Of a stretch of 64,000 nt of DNA, positions 61,069 through 64,000 are shown piece after piece. The notes under the pieces were generated by a model that did not search any database, was not told where the DNA came from, and worked only from the letters and a program-made list of their open reading frames with translations. The number at the start of each line of letters is the position of its first letter. The first letter of the stretch is position 1. The translations under genes were made by a program, and so were the position numbers. Origin of the DNA: an uncultured bacterium (GTDB lineage Bacteria > Verrucomicrobiota > Kiritimatiellia > RFP12 > UBA1067); assembly GCA_902761035.1 (NCBI GenBank), contig CACWIW010000006.1:14462-78461 (forward strand). Reading direction: 5' to 3'.

Positions 61069-61286
61069 TAAGAATCAGCGAAGTATGTTCAACCATCTTA
61101 ACGCGAATACCTTCTTGCCGCCCACTTCACAACTTCCAGCGGCACTGTCTTCCGTTCGCGCGGAAACGCAGACTTCTCGCTTTTCGACACCTTGGTGACG
61201 AAGTTTGCCGATCCAATTATACCACCCGACGTGAAGAGCGCATCTTCCCGATCTTCCTGTTCCGCCATGTCTGCGTCCATCCTGAT

Positions 61287-61400
61287 CCGCAACTGCCCGC
61301 CGCCTTCAACCCATCAATGAATCTTACAACACCAACCATTTCTCGACATCATTTCATCTGCGCGGCACGTCACTTATGCGAATATGTGCAAGGTTGGGAT
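61287..61400. repeat. Junction unit 6 (short ppd 5' fragment + operator)
   Basis: ccgccgccttcaacccatcaatgaatcttacaacaccaaccat ... cgcggcacgtcacttatgcgaatatgtg. Confidence 0.65.
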
Positions 61401-61421
61401 GGAGACGTGGAGGGGCTCAAA

Positions 61422-61650
61422 GGGTCTGACCCCATTGGTGGAGTAGAAGTGGTGGAGTAGCTTTTTCACAACACAGGTGTCGGTCACACACGTGCAGAAA
61501 CTCTTCAGCAACGAATCCGGCACACCGGCGAAGAACTCCACGCCCGCAGCCTTCAACCCATCAATGAATCTTCCAACTTCAACAATCTCTCACCATCATT
61601 TCACATGCGCGGTACGTCACTTATTTGAATATGTGCAGCCGCTCATGTTT
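61422..61650. repeat. Junction unit 7 (palindrome + linker + ppd 5' fragment + operator)
   Basis: gggtctgaccccattggtggagtagaagtggtggagtagctttttcacaacacaggtgtcggtcacacacgtgcagaaactcttcagcaacgaatccggcacacc ... ggtacgtcacttatttgaatatgtg; the track ORF 61374..61556 is this relic. Confidence 0.75.
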
Positions 61651-61669
61651 CATCTTCCCATGGCGTGAT

Positions 61670-62110
61670 TTATGCCAACAAAGGATGCTTTTGGTCTTTC
61701 GGCGACAGAATCAATGGGACGCCAATATCCGGCCATTTGACTTCAAGAACCGGATCGTCGAATCGCATTCCACGGTCGGACGCGGGGCAATAGAGATTGT
61801 CACACTTGTAACTGAACAGCGTATTGTCCTCCAGGACGATGAAGCCATGCGCGAACCCGCGAGGAATGTAGAACTGCTTTCTGTTCTCGCCTGTCAGCGT
61901 GACTACTACGTGCTTTCCAAAGGTTGACGAGCCTTTCCGGATGTCGACAACCACATCCCAGACCGCGCCCTGAATCACCCTCACCAGTTTAGCCTGGGTG
62001 TGCGGCGCGGCTTGCCAATGGAGTCCTCTCACAACGTCCTTCGACGTAGGGCCGGGATTGAAAACGTCTTTGTGCAGGACAACAAAAGTTTCTCGTCTTA
62101 CGTCCCCACT
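61670..62110 (-). pseudogene. rmlC: dTDP-4-dehydrorhamnose 3,5-epimerase (rmlC), 5'-truncated
   Basis: VVRGLHWQ...AKLVRVIQGAVWDVVVDIRKGSSTFGKHV...FYIPRGFAHGF is the RmlC cupin. The frame is open upstream to a TAG stop at about 62127-62129, with no Met codon. It encodes SGDVRRETFVV, corresponding to RmlC residues about 20-30. The first 20 or so codons are absent, and the region overlaps the 3' end of the RloB-like gene. Confidence 0.6.
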
Positions 62111-62778
62111 TCCGCTACGGATAGTTGCCTACTGATGAAATCAAACAATGGGGCGACCTTTGGCGAATTCCAATCCCAAAGATTCGGATCTAACAAACCC
62201 TTCATAATTCCTCCGCGATCCCACACAGAAGGGCCGAGTACTGCCGCCTCATAATCGTTCATCTTTGATTTCTGCGATGGCTTCTGTCCTCCATGAATCT
62301 CAAGACAGGCTTCGTACCGTCGCCAGCACTCAGCAATGAGGGAAACGTATTTTTGCGGCACAATGTCTTCAAGCAGATTCTCAAGTTCTCCGTCCCGGTT
62401 GTTATCTGGGAAGAGGAAAATATCAATGGCGTTTTTGGGCGGCGCCAGAAGCCGCCAAGTCGAAATCGCTTCCTTCAAGAACTTCGTTCGGTCGGCAACA
62501 CCACCTTTTTCCACACCTGTTTCATCTGCGTCAAATATCAGCGCAACATACAACCCGTCGCCATTTTTGTCCTCAGCAGAAGACTTTGCGCGGTCAAGTT
62601 TTGTGTACCCACCGACAGGAATTACCTCCACGCTCATCACTTCCGACCGAAGCAACACCCCGTCTACTGAACTTTCCGGAACACCAAATTCCGTGAACCC
62701 GGGGAATCTCGCGGCAAATAATGCACGAATAAAGCATGCGTCTTTCTTCCCTTCAACGAGAAATCTGACGGTTTTCAT
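62098..62778 (-). CDS. RloB-like / DUF4435 (TOPRIM-like) protein, AbiLii-like
   Basis: 226 aa. There is a 4-nt overlap with the upstream AAA_21 ATPase gene. The acidic DADETG ... DNNRDGE motifs are consistent with a TOPRIM-like fold. Confidence 0.45.
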   Translation of the reverse strand: MKTVRFLVEGKKDACFIRALFAARFPGFTEFGVPESSVDGVLLRSEVMSVEVIPVGGYTKLDRAKSSAEDKNGDGLYVALIFDADETGVEKGGVADRTKFLKEAISTWRLLAPPKNAIDIFLFPDNNRDGELENLLEDIVPQKYVSLIAECWRRYEACLEIHGGQKPSQKSKMNDYEAAVLGPSVWDRGGIMKGLLDPNLWDWNSPKVAPLFDFISRQLSVAEVGT

Positions 62779-63866
62779 CGTACCTCCAGATTCATCGAAA
62801 GCGAATGGGTAAGTTCCTGATGGTTATACGGGAAAGCAACCACTTTATCGCCACAGCGCCTCACCATGTTCAAATACACAAATTCTCCGTCATCCACACA
62901 ATCGGTTTCCTCACCTATTGCCTTCAACATTTCAATATTATGCGTCGTAACAATCAGTTGGATATTTCTATCTCTGGCCAGGCATACAATTGACTTCCAC
63001 AACTCCTTCATCGCGGAATAATGCAACCCATTCTCAATCTCATCTACACAGAGTATGCCACCTCCGGGGCACAGCGCAAGAATTGACAGTATTTCTGCCG
63101 CCTTGACCACCCCATCGCCCATCACATTTATCGGCAGGCGCATCTTGCCATCACCGACTCCAACTAACAGCATGTCCCCATCGTAGGCAATATCCAAAAT
63201 ACGCGAGTCCACGAACTGCAAATATGGTAGAACTTTTTTTTCATCTCCCGATTTGAAAAGTCGTGAATAAACTGGAGAGATGTTGTTCCTTCGTTGCGAC
63301 TGGTAGAAAACACACTCCCAATCATCATCCGTAGTCCGTCCATCTATTTTCCCGTACTCGGAACCTGTCTTCTGGGGATCAAAGGGATAGCATCGATATT
63401 CGTCCTTGATGAAAGCTATCATCATTGCTCCGCAGCTGACCGCATTTTCGCCACGATTCGTATAGAATTGTTGAACATAAGTAAAGGGTTGCCGTTCGTT
63501 GATGTTATCTTTAGGCGAATCTTCCAGCTTAAACTCAATCGCCGACCTGTGCGTACATTCAAAAGAAACCCCTCGGGTTGTTTTATCGGAGAATATACCA
63601 TGCATGGTAATCTCTCCTTCGTCGCCAGCACCGTAAAAGAGCGTCGCGAGGCTTCTTGTTTTCATCCTCTCACCACGGTTCCATACCAATTTTCCAGGAA
63701 TCGCACCGTTGGCACGATTGGATAAAAAGCAAATCGCTTCCAGCAAGGTAGACTTACCGCTGTTGTTCTTGCCGCCAATGATTGTAATCGGCCGAAAACT
63801 ATCACAGGAGAAATCTTTGAACCCGCGGAAATTTACAATGTTAAGCGACGAAAGAAACCTTTTCAT
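62775..63866 (-). CDS. AAA_21/ABC-type ATPase (AbiLi/RloA-like)
   Basis: Walker A IIGGKNNSGKSTLLEAI, Walker B ILCVDEIENGLH, and a C-terminal IVTTHN (H-loop). Confidence 0.6.
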   Translation of the reverse strand: MKRFLSSLNIVNFRGFKDFSCDSFRPITIIGGKNNSGKSTLLEAICFLSNRANGAIPGKLVWNRGERMKTRSLATLFYGAGDEGEITMHGIFSDKTTRGVSFECTHRSAIEFKLEDSPKDNINERQPFTYVQQFYTNRGENAVSCGAMMIAFIKDEYRCYPFDPQKTGSEYGKIDGRTTDDDWECVFYQSQRRNNISPVYSRLFKSGDEKKVLPYLQFVDSRILDIAYDGDMLLVGVGDGKMRLPINVMGDGVVKAAEILSILALCPGGGILCVDEIENGLHYSAMKELWKSIVCLARDRNIQLIVTTHNIEMLKAIGEETDCVDDGEFVYLNMVRRCGDKVVAFPYNHQELTHSLSMNLEVR

Positions 63867-64000
63867 TTGCGACTCCTTGCTGGCGCTAATACCATTGGCA
63901 CATCCTGCCTTAATAACATAGGACTTGTGTTGTGAGGATTATTTTCAGCAACGCACATCGGTACTATGTAGACTCTACCATCAGAACTGCGGACATGCGC

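Noticed and set aside
46212-64000. Classical integron (intI/attI/attC) interpretation of the same-strand cassette array.
   Set aside because: No IntI-like gene or attI is in the window. The repeated units are gene-start fragments plus a 13-bp palindrome rather than recognisable attC sites with R/L boxes. The idea is kept as a stated alternative inside the main finding, not as a call.
63867-64000. Final 134 bp.
   Set aside because: No ORF or recognisable motif could be supported. It is presumably the promoter or leader region of the AAA_21 gene.

Overview
The sequence runs from a high-GC chromosomal backbone (about 1-6100) into a large, lower-GC surface-polysaccharide locus (about 6100-46200), and ends in a roughly 17-kb phage-defence island (46200-64000).

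Backbone (1-6100):
- A divergent UDP-L-FucNAc-type module: an FnlB-like gene (partial), an FnlA/CapE-like gene and a WbuB-like GT4 gene.
- A family of long pyrimidine-arm/purine-arm hairpin repeats.
- Two genes bracketed by those repeats: a four-helix-bundle (TIGR02436/Avd-like) protein fused to a topoisomerase-type zinc ribbon, and a DRB0094-family ATP-dependent RNA ligase.

Polysaccharide locus (6100-46200):
- Wzy-like and Wzx genes, galE, glf, many GT2 and GT4 glycosyltransferases, two acyltransferase_3 genes, an ATP-grasp-HAD fusion and a DegT aminotransferase.
- A TagD-like cytidylyltransferase and four LicD paralogs.
- A phosphonate (2-AEP/2-HEP) pathway: a cytidylyltransferase-PEP-mutase fusion, a PhpC-like Fe-alcohol dehydrogenase, an APC permease, PhnW and phosphonopyruvate decarboxylase. 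This about 6-kb block is present twice, at 24336-30340 and 40121-46211.
- An AIPR abortive-infection gene embedded in the operon.
- A second four-helix-bundle gene flanked by inverted TAGTCGN heptamer arrays.

Defence island (46200-64000):
- Upstream of the second ppd copy, all cargo lies on the minus strand.
- At least seven conserved junction units separate the cargo. Each unit is the ppd promoter/operator plus its first 15-40 codons, followed by a constant junction sequence ending in the palindrome GGGGTC-A-GACCCC.
- Cargo: an NTase-like TA pair, an ietAS-like AAA ATPase plus S8 subtilase pair, a DUF4062-Schlafen/HATPase_c_4 protein, an EEP nuclease with a small partner, a coiled-coil membrane protein, an unknown two-gene pair, and an AbiL-like RloB plus AAA_21 pair.
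- Shredded remnants of polysaccharide genes sit between the cargo: a TPP-enzyme N-terminal fragment, a Wzx N-terminal fragment and a 5'-truncated rmlC.

The same in-frame tandem octamer motifs also recur in otherwise unrelated genes.
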